Source: Octopus sinensis (lineage: Eukaryota). Taken from it: a stretch of DNA of 7,964 bases. Positions 1 to 7,543 of the stretch are shown one piece after another. The translations under genes and the position numbers were made by a program. Where the stretch lies: assembly GCF_006345805.1 (NCBI RefSeq), contig NW_021828566.1, forward strand, positions 1 through 7,964, written 5' to 3'. The first letter of the stretch is position 1. Every line of letters begins with the position of its first letter. The notes beneath the pieces are model-generated. The model had not been told where the DNA came from, ran no database searches, and saw only the letters and a list, made by a program, of their open reading frames with translations.

Positions 1-282
1 TATAATTAATTATTTTTCAACAAAGGATTGCAATAGATACAACAAAACCATTCTCACGCGATTCTTAATTTAAACAAAAATTAGGAAGATTAATAAATTA
101 TTTAAATAATTTGATTTTTTAATGGAGATTATTATTGTAAAAAATTTTTAATTAAAAATATTGCTTAGTGTCCAACGAACGGCGCCGTCCATCCTACGGC
201 CGGTGACATTAATTCCTAAAGACAAATTCAAAAATATAACACACAATGCATATATGAATATATCAATGTTTGGATGTACATA

Positions 283-321
283 TTTATGCGAATCAATATT
301 TAGTAAAGTGATTCGCATAAA
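283..321. repeat. Perfect 13-bp inverted repeat with 13-nt spacer
   Basis: TTTATGCGAATCA (283-295) is the exact reverse complement of TGATTCGCATAAA (309-321). Confidence 0.9.
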
Positions 322-599
322 AAATAAATACGTAACAAACTCACGATAATCACTTGAGTCAGCTTTTAAGAACTTCTTCGACTTTACTTATTCCGGATTT
401 CAAAAACTTAATAAACAAATAATACTTTCTTTTTAGTTACAACGCCTTTTTTAGATTTTTAGCTTGTATTTCTTTATAAGGAAATTGAAATTAAAAAAAG
501 AAAAAAAAAGAGTCCAAAAACTCATTACGCATCAGCAGTGGCTGCACTTCGAATTGCAAGCGAGTTACCGGCTTGGAAATATAAAAATATATAAAATAT

Positions 600-675
600 T
601 TTTGTGCGGCCCGCGAAACTAATCTTAATTATCGATTTGGCCTTGAGCTAAAAGGTGAGAACCCCTGTGATAGAC
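600..675 (+). mobile_element. Right end of a hAT (Charlie/Buster-like) DNA transposon or MITE, with probable 8-bp target site
   Basis: Terminus AGGTGAGAACCCCTG (653-667; reverse complement CAGGGGTTCTCACCT) resembles the Charlie-type TIR CAGGGGTTCTCAA. Subterminal GCGGCCCGCG and TTTGGCC motifs are present. The flank TGATAGAC (668-675) fits the nnnTAnnn target preference. No matching left end with the same TSD found. Confidence 0.7.
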
Positions 676-831
676 AAATCAACCGAACGAGCAATCGCCA
701 CAACTTCACAGAATGTATTAATAATGAATTGTATTATAATAAAATTTTAGTTTTGGATCTCAGTTTATTTTAACAAGGACGCTTTTAGTTAATTTGGGAA
801 AAACATTAATTTTTGTTTATAAAACTTAAAT

Positions 832-853
832 ATTCGCGGTTATAAACGCGAAT
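832..853. repeat. Near-perfect 22-bp palindrome
   Basis: ATTCGCG-G-TTATAA-A-CGCGAAT, one mismatch. It lies 2 nt before ATG 856, at the switch from AT-rich to GC-richer sequence. Confidence 0.8.
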
Positions 854-855
854 GT

Positions 856-1647
856 ATGCAGGTTAACCGTCAATGCTTCGTAGCCAAGTGTCTCATCTAT
901 TGCCTTCCTCACACCCAACAAATAGTCCTCCTGCACATTCTCGACAAGGGACTCGATCAAATCATTCGATTGGCTTCAAGTCTAACTTGGTCCGCGAGGC
1001 AGTAAACAATTTATCCGATGAGAACTTAAAGGAAAACCAGAGTATCACAAGAATATGCTGGAATTAACCGACATATCACTCTTTGTGGATAATGACCTGG
1101 ATAATCCCGTCACATTTGATAAGACTTACAGGAGGCCTTAATGGAAGATCCGAACCTGATCCGAAATGACTTTGTATCGAGTGCGGTCGGCAAGCACAAA
1201 TACCACAAGGAGCAGGAAAAGAGTATTTCGAGAACCGAGAAAGGTTCAGAATGCTCTCTCACTCAGAGGGACACTCAAGGATGAAGATCAAATCATTTTA
1301 TGACGAGTTGATTCTCCAGAAGATAAACTTAACAAACTGACTTCTATTCTCCCTATAAGAGTGATGGGTGTTGACCACATGAAGGGTCTTCACGAAGCGG
1401 TTTTATCACTCAGCGACGAAGGTCTGACTGCTTTGGACAGCCTTATCAAAATGAACTTGTGTGACCATGTCGGTCATTACAAGTCAGAGATATCAAGCAC
1501 ATTCAGACCAACGAAATTGGCAAATTGACCGAGGTGATCACTAGACAGTATGACCCCTCACAAATGGTCAATCTAAGACAAGAGGCTATTGAACATTCCG
1601 CCTTTCACGACTGTGCCAGTGCATGCCTTTCTGATCAACATGACATT
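856..1647 (+). pseudogene. Frameshifted intronless ORF with an internal helical repeat, possibly tandem CARD/death-fold-like
   Basis: GC-richer coding-like block. Stitched frames give ..LLHILDKGLDQII/GFKSNLVREAVNNLSDENLK/..KPEYHKNMLELTDISLFVDNDL/..LMEDPNLIRNDF../..EPRKVQNALSLRGTLKDEDQIIL*RVDSPEDKLNKLTSILPIRVMGVDHMKGLHEAVLSLSDEGLTAL../..LTEVITRQYDPSQMVNLRQEAIEH. Stop at 1301-1303. The domain identity is inferred by eye. Confidence 0.45.
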
Positions 1648-2020
1648 GATCGCACCCTTAGTCTGGGACCGCAACCTGTGTGGACACTCTCTGCCCGTCC
1701 AACATTGCCGGGAGCGCAGTGGACAGACTGTATGCCGCGGAAAAAAACGATGAGGGCAAAAGGAGAAAAAATATGAAGCGCTGCGAGATCGATTCGTGTT
1801 CTGTCCGATTGTGGTCGAGACAACTGGAGGAATAAGTGGGAAATCGCTTCGCTTCCTAAAGAAGCTTGGACACTTAGCCACATTAAAAAGCCACGACACA
1901 CGTGAGACCCTGGTGGCTTCTCCAATTGATCTCCGTTGCTATCGTGAGAGGCAACGCAACGTCAATTATGTTGGCGGGGTCCACTTCGGATAGATGGCTT
2001 TGTTAACTTCTAATAAATAA
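1648..2020 (+). mobile_element. 5'-truncated, frameshifted 3' end of a CRE-like non-LTR retrotransposon (restriction-like endonuclease C-terminus)
   Basis: LVWD (1658-1669) / ATCVDTLCPSNI..AAEK / KEKKYEALRDRFVFCPIVVETTGGISGKSLRFLKKLG..HDTRE (from 1760) / WLLQLISVAIVRGNATSIM (from 1914), stop 2004-2006, then TAATAAATAA. This matches the CRE RLE pattern LVWDATCVDT..KxxKY..FxPxxxETxG..QRISxAIQRGNA. The upstream CCHC, RPDG and RT parts are absent. Confidence 0.88.
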
Positions 2021-2087
2021 CAGTTTCTCAAGAAGTGTTTATTTGTAAAAAATCAATTTGATTATATGTTTTAATCTATATCATTTT

Positions 2088-2586
2088 CAAGTCAATTTGT
2101 CCATTACAAACTTCAAATCAAATTTATAGATAGTTGCCATTGGGATGGAATTGGGAAAGATCAAAAAGTTTAAAAAAATTGCCAACTGCTTTGAAAGCCC
2201 GGATAACATGCAGAAGTCCGGCTCCTTTAATCTAAAATTCCAATGCACCGAAGATGCAGCTTCTTTCAAGACAGAGCTCTCGAAAACCAAAATGTTTGGC
2301 GAAGGCGGCCATAAACTTGCCTCAGTAATTGAGAAAGTCTCAGTCTTGATCCTAAAGAGAATCCCTTACTGATCTCGAACCACGACCTTGACCTCCATTT
2401 ACAGGAAACTCTCAAATCAAACTTTAAGTTTGAAAGGTACTCTCGTAATGGAGCCGACATTCCGGTCGGAAGCTTACGCTGGACTGCAGAGGCGAAGCTA
2501 ACACCTCATCTGCTTGGAATAACTGCGGGTTTCAGCCATATGGCGTTTGAATGGGGACAAGCTCCCGTCCCACAGATGCACGGAAT
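2088..2586 (+). mobile_element. Decayed LINE ORF1 (gag-like) fragment, truncated around the first zinc-knuckle Cys
   Basis: ORF 2145-2372 ends VLILKRIP. A frameshift continues LLISNHDLDLHLQETLKSNFKFERYSRNGADIPV..LLGITAGF..PVP/HRC (TGC 2577-2579). This resembles the 'IKGVP..IS..EI...L..R..G.P' RRM-like and pre-CCHC region of LINE ORF1 proteins. The sequence then turns abruptly AT-rich. Confidence 0.5.
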
Positions 2587-2592
2587 TTAAAA

Positions 2593-2794
2593 CAATTCAA
2601 TTAAAAATATCGAATATTATATGAAATTCAGTAATATTTAAAAATACAACAAAGCAATTGGAATATAGGGATAATTAAAGATAAAAAACAAATCAAACCA
2701 TACAAAATAGTTAACATGTAAAAAAGATTAAATTATTGTGAAAATAAAATCAATTCAATTACAAAAAATTCAAATATTATATGAAATTCTGTAA
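2593..2794 (+). repeat. Imperfect ~43-bp direct repeat (2593-2634, 2751-2794)
   Basis: CAATTCAATTAAAAATATCGAATATTATATGAAATTCAGTAA vs CAATTCAATTACAAAAAATTCAAATATTATATGAAATTCTGTAA. Confidence 0.85.
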
Positions 2795-2856
2795 GTCAAC
2801 AATATATTTAATCAATTTTAATAAAATATTAACCATTAATAGAGGAGGATAAAATT

Positions 2857-2901
2857 TGAAATAAAACAAGAAAACAATGCACAACGAAACAAATAATGAG
2901 T
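2857..2901 (+). repeat. Dispersed repeat copy 1 (partner at 7495-7543)
   Basis: TGAAATAAAACAAGAAAACAATGCACAACGAAACAAATAATGAGT; shares the exact core CAATGCACAAC and the end AAATARTGAGT with copy 2. Confidence 0.65.
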
Positions 2902-3009
2902 AATGACGTTGTTATCTAATTACATTAGGTTTTCCAAATAAAATTAACTATAATAAAACAAATTTTTTATTATGACATAATTAAAATTATTTTTTTGATT
3001 ATATATATA

Positions 3010-3520
3010 ATGCCATCTAAAAAATAATTACCTACGAAGCGAAGTCTTATACTGTTTCTTTTTCTTGATCATGACGTCAGTATGTAATTTATTGCCAGAA
3101 AATAAAAAAATTGTTGTCCACTTGGCCTCTCGATTTAATAAAAATTATATGTAGCCATATTTTCAAATTTAAATTTAATGAAATTCTTCGGAAAATTGAA
3201 TGCGGATATGCTTTCCTTGAGTAATACAAAAATTTAACAGATAAAAAATGGAGTTTTATTTACATTTTCTGGTTAGAATAAAGTACCCGAAAAAACTATC
3301 AAAAATTTTGTTTCAGCATTCAAAGTGGATTCATGTGAAGAAAAATTTAATCTTCTAGCTATATGATTGAGAAATATGAAGAGACAGTAAAGCAATTTAA
3401 TATTTGTGTATCCAATGGAACAATCAGATTTTTTTTGATTACACGGTGAATAGAAGAATCCTGAAAAACGATGATGAAAAACAAACACGTGGTATTTTTG
3501 ATGAAATAACCCTCGCAAAT
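3010..3520 (+). mobile_element. Possible highly degenerate Tc1/mariner-like transposase relic
   Basis: Scattered motifs: MPSKK/ITYEAK..S..IARK (HTH-like), AFLE*YKNLTDKKW (~3211-3250), VSNGTIRFFL (from 3407), HVVF/DE (~3486-3505). There are many stops, the motif order is not fully canonical, and no TIR pair was seen. Confidence 0.3.
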
Positions 3521-3769
3521 GAAATAAGTCATGAAGATGCGTTTAAAATGTTTCTATAATATGAAAAAGTATTATACTAAAACTATACTTTCAATATTAC
3601 GAAATTCAAATGATCAATCAATTATCGAAAATACGATTTTTAGTTGAAAAACAACATTGAACGACTATTTTAGCCTAAAACGTAATTTGACTCTTTATTT
3701 ATTCATATAATGATTATTTTTATTATTTAGTTTAATTATGTCATAGTTCCATTCTGAAAACCGCCATTT

Positions 3770-4385
3770 TATTATTTATGCACTTTCGCGATGCCATAGA
3801 TCATGACAAAGCTTGTGCAGCAAAGAAAAAATAAGAGTTATTAGTTTGGACCTTTCCCTCTTTTTGGCCTACGTCCCAAAATGCGTCAAGATCGTCCCCG
3901 TCTTTAAATTTTTCCGACACCCGAAGGTCCTCTTCCAGTGTCACCAAGAGAGTATTTATTGGGCGTTCATGGAAACAAAGGCCGTCAGTTATGAAATAGT
4001 CTGTCATAGCGGTGTTTGCCGCTGCATCCAAATTCATCCTTAGGATGTGTCTGGATAGCCTCCATCTGCATCAGTAATTTCGAGAGATTGGTTTTCTTGA
4101 TGTTTTGCATAAACTGTATTACTGCTGAGTCTCGAATACCATTTAGAAGCTAGAGTTGATCTTTATGGAAGGAATCTAGCTTCAAATTATCCCTATCAGA
4201 AGCCCCCATGTTTCCGGCATTATAAAAGAGGATAGGTTTCACCAGTAAATTGTATAAGCGTATCCGTGTTTATGTACTGAGTCCTTTGCGCTTAGCCAAA
4301 TTTCCTTTAGGCTGCGTAGTACGCTGTTTATGTGTGTGTTTACGCATTATTTACGTCTTGTTCGTCTCCCAACATTGAGGAACCA
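3770..4385 (-). mobile_element. Decayed 3' end (post-RT region) of an RTE/RTEX-group non-LTR retrotransposon
   Basis: Minus-strand stitched translation: GSSMLGDEQDV / LKEIWL / KGLST*TRIRLYNLLVKPILFYNAG / TWGL / LDSFHKDQL*LLNGIR / SN..Y / RWRLSRHILRMNLDAAANTAMTDYF..FHERPINTLLVTLEEDL..DDL, stop at 3801-3803, then a short TAAATAATAAAA tail. Matches the RTE-type pattern LY...V.PIL.Y...TW..RW...GHILR..RGRP. Confidence 0.88.
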
Positions 4386-4420
4386 CTCAGCATATTTATT
4401 GGGCATCACCTCGAAAAAAA

Positions 4421-4820
4421 TTTATTTATTGATCAAAAGACCAGGGTAAGTCAGTTAATTAGAATCCCCGTGATCCCCGATTCAAGCGAGGGGGATCCTT
4501 CTGAAAGGTTGGATCCTGCCCACATTATCGGACTGAGACGACGATGGTCCCAGGGTCAGAGTTCTAGAAGTCCTTTTTTCGGTAGCCATTAAGTGCTTCC
4601 TATGCTTTCGATATCCGACTGGAAATTCCAACTGATATGGTGGACCCCATAACGGCACTCTAAGACCTGAAGGAAGGTAAGAGATCCCCATTTTCAACTG
4701 TGTCGTGCCAGAAGTACTCATTGCCTTGCGGGCAGGGGAACGATAACGAGAATTGACCTCAGGATGAAACTAGCCCCCTTCGGATTCGAACCCACGACTG
4801 TCCAGATCCATTATCCATAG
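4421..4820 (-). mobile_element. tRNA-derived SINE-like element with Pol III boxes and a Meta-core-like motif
   Basis: Minus strand: A-box-like TGGATAATGG (4817-4808), B box GGTTCGAATCC (4792-4782), TTTCATCCTGAGGTC (4769-4755), AATGAGTAC (4722-4714), a GC-richer structured body and an AATAAATAAA tail (4430-4421). No TSD identified. Confidence 0.7.
4782..4792 (-). promoter_or_regulatory. RNA polymerase III internal promoter B box
   Basis: GGTTCGAATCC on the minus strand matches the GGTTCGANNCC consensus exactly. Confidence 0.75.
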
Positions 4821-5149
4821 CTTAAGCTTCAGTCAAAGGAAATAAAATCAACATCCTCTGCGTATGATCTTTTCTTTAAAGTATGGTTTTAATTTTGTTA
4901 CCTTGAATCTAATATTATAAAAAAATAAGAAAAAATAATTTTGCGTACCTTTAATATATTTTCTTCGTGATTTTAAAATTAATTATTATTACACATGTCA
5001 TCTTCGTTACGTCGTTATCTTACACTTTCTCAATAATTGGAAATTTTATTTATTCAAAGAAATCAAACTCAGGCTGTTCTATCTGCAAGATTCAACTGTT
5101 CTCAGTCCTTTGCAGCTGAAGATAAAGAACTGAAAGTCAAGATAATTGG

Positions 5150-5173
5150 GTAGTATATTTGCTTTTTTTAAAG
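5150..5173 (+). other. Putative 24-nt GT-AG intron
   Basis: GTAGTATATTTGCTTTTTTTAAAG; removing it eliminates the TAG after KVKII. The flanking frame is decayed. Confidence 0.5.
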
Positions 5174-5341
5174 TTCTAGCGTAATAAAAGCCATTTTTGC
5201 CGAGAGAGACATAGTGATATGTTGAGGAATATTTTGAACATAGAAATTAAATTAATTAAGATTGATTAATCGAAGGAATTGTTTCCACAACATAATGAGA
5301 GAAGAGATAATCTTTGTTTTAAAAAATGTGTTCATTGCCAA

Positions 5342-5363
5342 GTATTGACTATTTATTTATTAG
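5342..5363 (+). other. Putative 22-nt GT-AG intron
   Basis: GTATTGACTATTTATTTATTAG directly after CVHCQ; removal gives one open frame from CVHCQ to RYIADLIDL. Confidence 0.65.
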
Positions 5364-5493
5364 CTAGTCAAAAAATTGATGGAAAACAAAGCTACATATC
5401 ACTCCAAATTATTGTCCGACGTCCTAGATCGTTATATTGCAGATCTTATAGATCTCAGAAGATATTCATCAAACAAATCGATCAAACTCGTGG

Positions 5494-5521
5494 GTAAACT
5501 TCAATAATTATTTATATGAAG
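5494..5521 (+). other. Putative 28-nt GT-AG intron
   Basis: GTAAACTTCAATAATTATTTATATGAAG; removal joins TGG|GTT to give W-VLVVVDTFS, the expected W-hydrophobic-D-x-F-S motif. Confidence 0.75.
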
Positions 5522-6733
5522 GTTCTAGTGGTGGTTGATACATTCTCTAACTATGCTGTTGTGGAACTAGCAAAGAATAAAAGTTAATTGGAAATTTCAT
5601 CTTACTTAAAACATATTTTTCGGTTATTAGTAAACCAGTTATGCTTCAAACTAATAACGGAAAAGTTTTTCGCAATTAGAATGGATAAGCTCTGTGTATT
5701 TTTTAAAATAACAAATATCTTTGGAAGACCTAGAGCACCATGCGTACAAGGACAAGTTGAAAGACTTATTTTAAGGCTATAATAAAAACGTTCTACCAAT
5801 CAATAAATGATGAATATGCTCAGCAAGGCTTCTGCTGGAAGTTTTGTAGTTTATTTAAACATTATAGAGGTTATATATGATTAAAATCGAAAAAAACATG
5901 ACATGATGAAGAATATCCTTTTCAAAGTTGTATGATAATTAAAAAAAACTAAACGAAAAAATGCATTAATTGAATTCGATGGAACCGATTGAAAAGAAGA
6001 AATAATTTACGAAAATTATCAAAGTTCAGAGGATGAACAACATAATATAAAGATTCTTTGAAATTTCAAAAACCAAAGAGAAAGTGCAGGAAAAAGAAAT
6101 TTTTATAATAGACCTAAATCAACTGACATCATTGATCCACTGAGTGTGATTAATCAAATGGTTTGAAAAAACATATTTAAACTTTTCCAGAACAATTAAA
6201 AACATCCATCTTTTTATAATTCAAGTGGAAAATTTGAAAATTGAAACTGAAGCTTTTGTAAAGACTTAGACACACATCCAAATGATTGACTATAATGGCT
6301 CTAGAGTAGAAAGAGGAGTTCATAACAAAATACTCAACATCAGGAATATGTCTTAATTCTGAAATTCTGAAATGAGTTTTCCTCTGGTGGTATAACTGGC
6401 GGTTTGTGTGTATCAATTATTTATTATTTGTGTATCAATATCGAGAATAGTGATCAAATCATCAGTATCTATATTATTGCTTCTTGTAAAGAACAACTCT
6501 GAGAAATATTGAGAAAATATATGAGAATATAATTTAATTTTAATGGGATGTTTAATTTTAAATGGGATTGTCTATTGTTGATGCGGCTGCAATCAAGTCT
6601 GATGAGCAAATAAGCAGGAATATACCGGTTATTGCCACTAAACAGGCTCTTCGGCGATAATATAGAAGAATGTGTAATTTGGTGCGCAGAGAGGCGGTTT
6701 ATCTTTACCACAATGAAATGCGTTCGCTGTAAA

Positions 6734-6757
6734 GTAAGACCTATATTCTCACAATAG
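6734..6757 (+). other. Putative 24-nt GT-AG intron
   Basis: GTAAGACCTATATTCTCACAATAG; removal deletes an in-frame TAG and gives CVRCK|RRCRL. Confidence 0.8.
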
Positions 6758-6865
6758 AGACGCTGTCGTTTATCTAAGTCTAGAAGAAACGTGGACAACG
6801 CAATTTGGTATGTATTCTATGCAATACTTCTCGAAGTTTAAGACGAAACGAACAGTTGGTTTGCA

Positions 6866-6891
6866 GTAAGTGAACCCTAAACTAATTTTAG
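6866..6891 (+). other. Putative ~26-nt GT-AG intron
   Basis: GTAAGTGAACCCTAAACTAATTTTAG, with a canonical donor and a branch-like ACTAAT. It lies between SWFA and SHLPL; one extra G is needed to keep the frame. Confidence 0.7.
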
Positions 6892-7091
6892 GAAGTCATT
6901 TACCGTTAGCAAAAATTTTGATGCTTACGTATTATGTGGGCATTAAATACCAGGGAAATCTCATCTCGTACGAACTAGAAATTTTGCAAAATACGATGAC
7001 GAAACTTTGCAGAGAACTTTATTACGGTGTTCTCTTGCAAATGCTCCTATTAAACTTGGGGGACTCGTGGTTAATGAGAAAAAATAATTAC

Positions 7092-7117
7092 GTAATTCAT
7101 TTAATTTTAATTTTTAG
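7092..7117 (+). other. Putative 26-nt GT-AG intron
   Basis: GTAATTCATTTAATTTTAATTTTTAG; removal puts KLGG in frame with ESIVEIDE (one residual TAA at 7085-7087). Confidence 0.75.
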
Positions 7118-7250
7118 AAGAGTCGATAGTGGAGATCGACGAATGTAAATTTTTTCACAAAAGTACCATCGAGGTCATTGGCGATCAGGCCATCGGGTAT
7201 TGGGTGGAATAGACAGGGAAACTAGAAGTGCTTTTTTGAAGAAGTTTCAG

Positions 7251-7276
7251 GTTCTTTTTGTCCATTTATCCTTTAG
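7251..7276 (+). other. Putative 26-nt GT-AG intron
   Basis: GTTCTTTTTGTCCATTTATCCTTTAG; removal gives TCA G|AC AGA ACA = VS-D-RTAETL, the conserved V.DR...TL motif. Confidence 0.85.
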
Positions 7277-7494
7277 ACAGAACAGCGGAAACACTTAATG
7301 AAGTTATCGTTCGACTTGTACTTCCGGCACCGATATCATTACTGATGGTTGGGCAGCCTCAATGGGATTGCGCGAGATTATGAAAAAAGAATTAAAATCT
7401 ATTGTTTATACTCGACGATTTATAAATTGACTAAAATTGTAGATTACCAGCTTTTGAGCTTCACTAATGTATTTGTGAGAAACACATGATATCG

Positions 7495-7543
7495 TGAAAA
7501 ATCAAACAATAAAGCAATGCACAACAACAAAAAAATAGTGAGT
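7495..7543 (+). repeat. Dispersed repeat copy 2 (partner at 2857-2901)
   Basis: TGAAAAATCAAACAATAAAGCAATGCACAACAACAAAAAAATAGTGAGT aligns colinearly with copy 1. Confidence 0.65.

Larger units (their letters stand above)
4995..6165 (+). mobile_element. Pseudogenised Ginger/KRBA2-SCAND3-like rve integrase (DDE transposase) with micro-introns
   Basis: Zn-binding remnants KSHFCRER and FHNIMREEIIFVL/KKCVHCQ. Core: RYIADLIDLRRYS (from 5430), W|VLVVVDTFSNY, KPVMLQTNNGKVF (catalytic D reads N, AAT 5653-5655), GRPRAPCVQGQVERL (5723-5767), VIYD*NRKKH, then an acidic tail. No RT, RNase H or LTR nearby. Ends approximate. Confidence 0.85.
6547..7372 (+). mobile_element. Pseudogenised Merlin (ISXO2/IS1595-like) DDE transposase with micro-introns
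   Basis: CVIWCAERRFI..MKCVRCK|RRCRL..VDNAIW, SLR/NSWFA|GSHLPLAKILMLTYY..ELEI..LCRE / IKLGG..|ESIVEIDECKFF (VEIDE 7129-7143) / KYHRGHWRSGHRVLGGIDRET / CFFEEVS|DRTAETL..VL / GTDIITDGWAA (TDGW 7341-7352). The C-terminal H..VNH..NxIE part is missing and no TIR was found. Confidence 0.92.

Noticed and set aside
536-549. CAGTGGCTGCACTT as the left TIR of the hAT element
   Set aside because: Only a partial match, and the preceding 8 nt (CGCATCAG) do not match the TGATAGAC flank.
1573-1925. Minus-strand ORFs 1573-1899 and 1635-1925
   Set aside because: Antisense shadows of the CRE endonuclease fragment; no recognisable motifs.
4544-4553. ATGGTCCCAG, identical to part of the HDV ribozyme 5' region (also CCTCGCT on the minus strand near 4485-4491)
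   Set aside because: P1, P3 and P1.1 pairings could not be built on either strand; probably chance.
4332-4721. ORFs 4332-4592 (+) and 4482-4721 (-)
   Set aside because: They cross the SINE body or the RTE/SINE junction and show no protein features.
4770-4822. Functional tRNA gene
   Set aside because: The T-loop is present but the T-stem is broken and there is no room for an anticodon arm; better explained as a SINE head.
6355-6439. Short duplications AATTCTGA x2 and TGTGTATCAAT x2 (6407, 6429) as TSD or TIR of Merlin
   Set aside because: They are closely spaced local duplications with no partner at the other end of the element.
6599-6625. CTGATGAGC..GC hammerhead-like core
   Set aside because: Followed by AGGAAT rather than GAAA, no stems I/III could be formed, and it lies in the Merlin 5' region.
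6177-6798. Minus-strand ORFs 6177-6416 and 6469-6798
   Set aside because: No recognisable motifs; the second largely overlaps the Merlin coding region in antisense.
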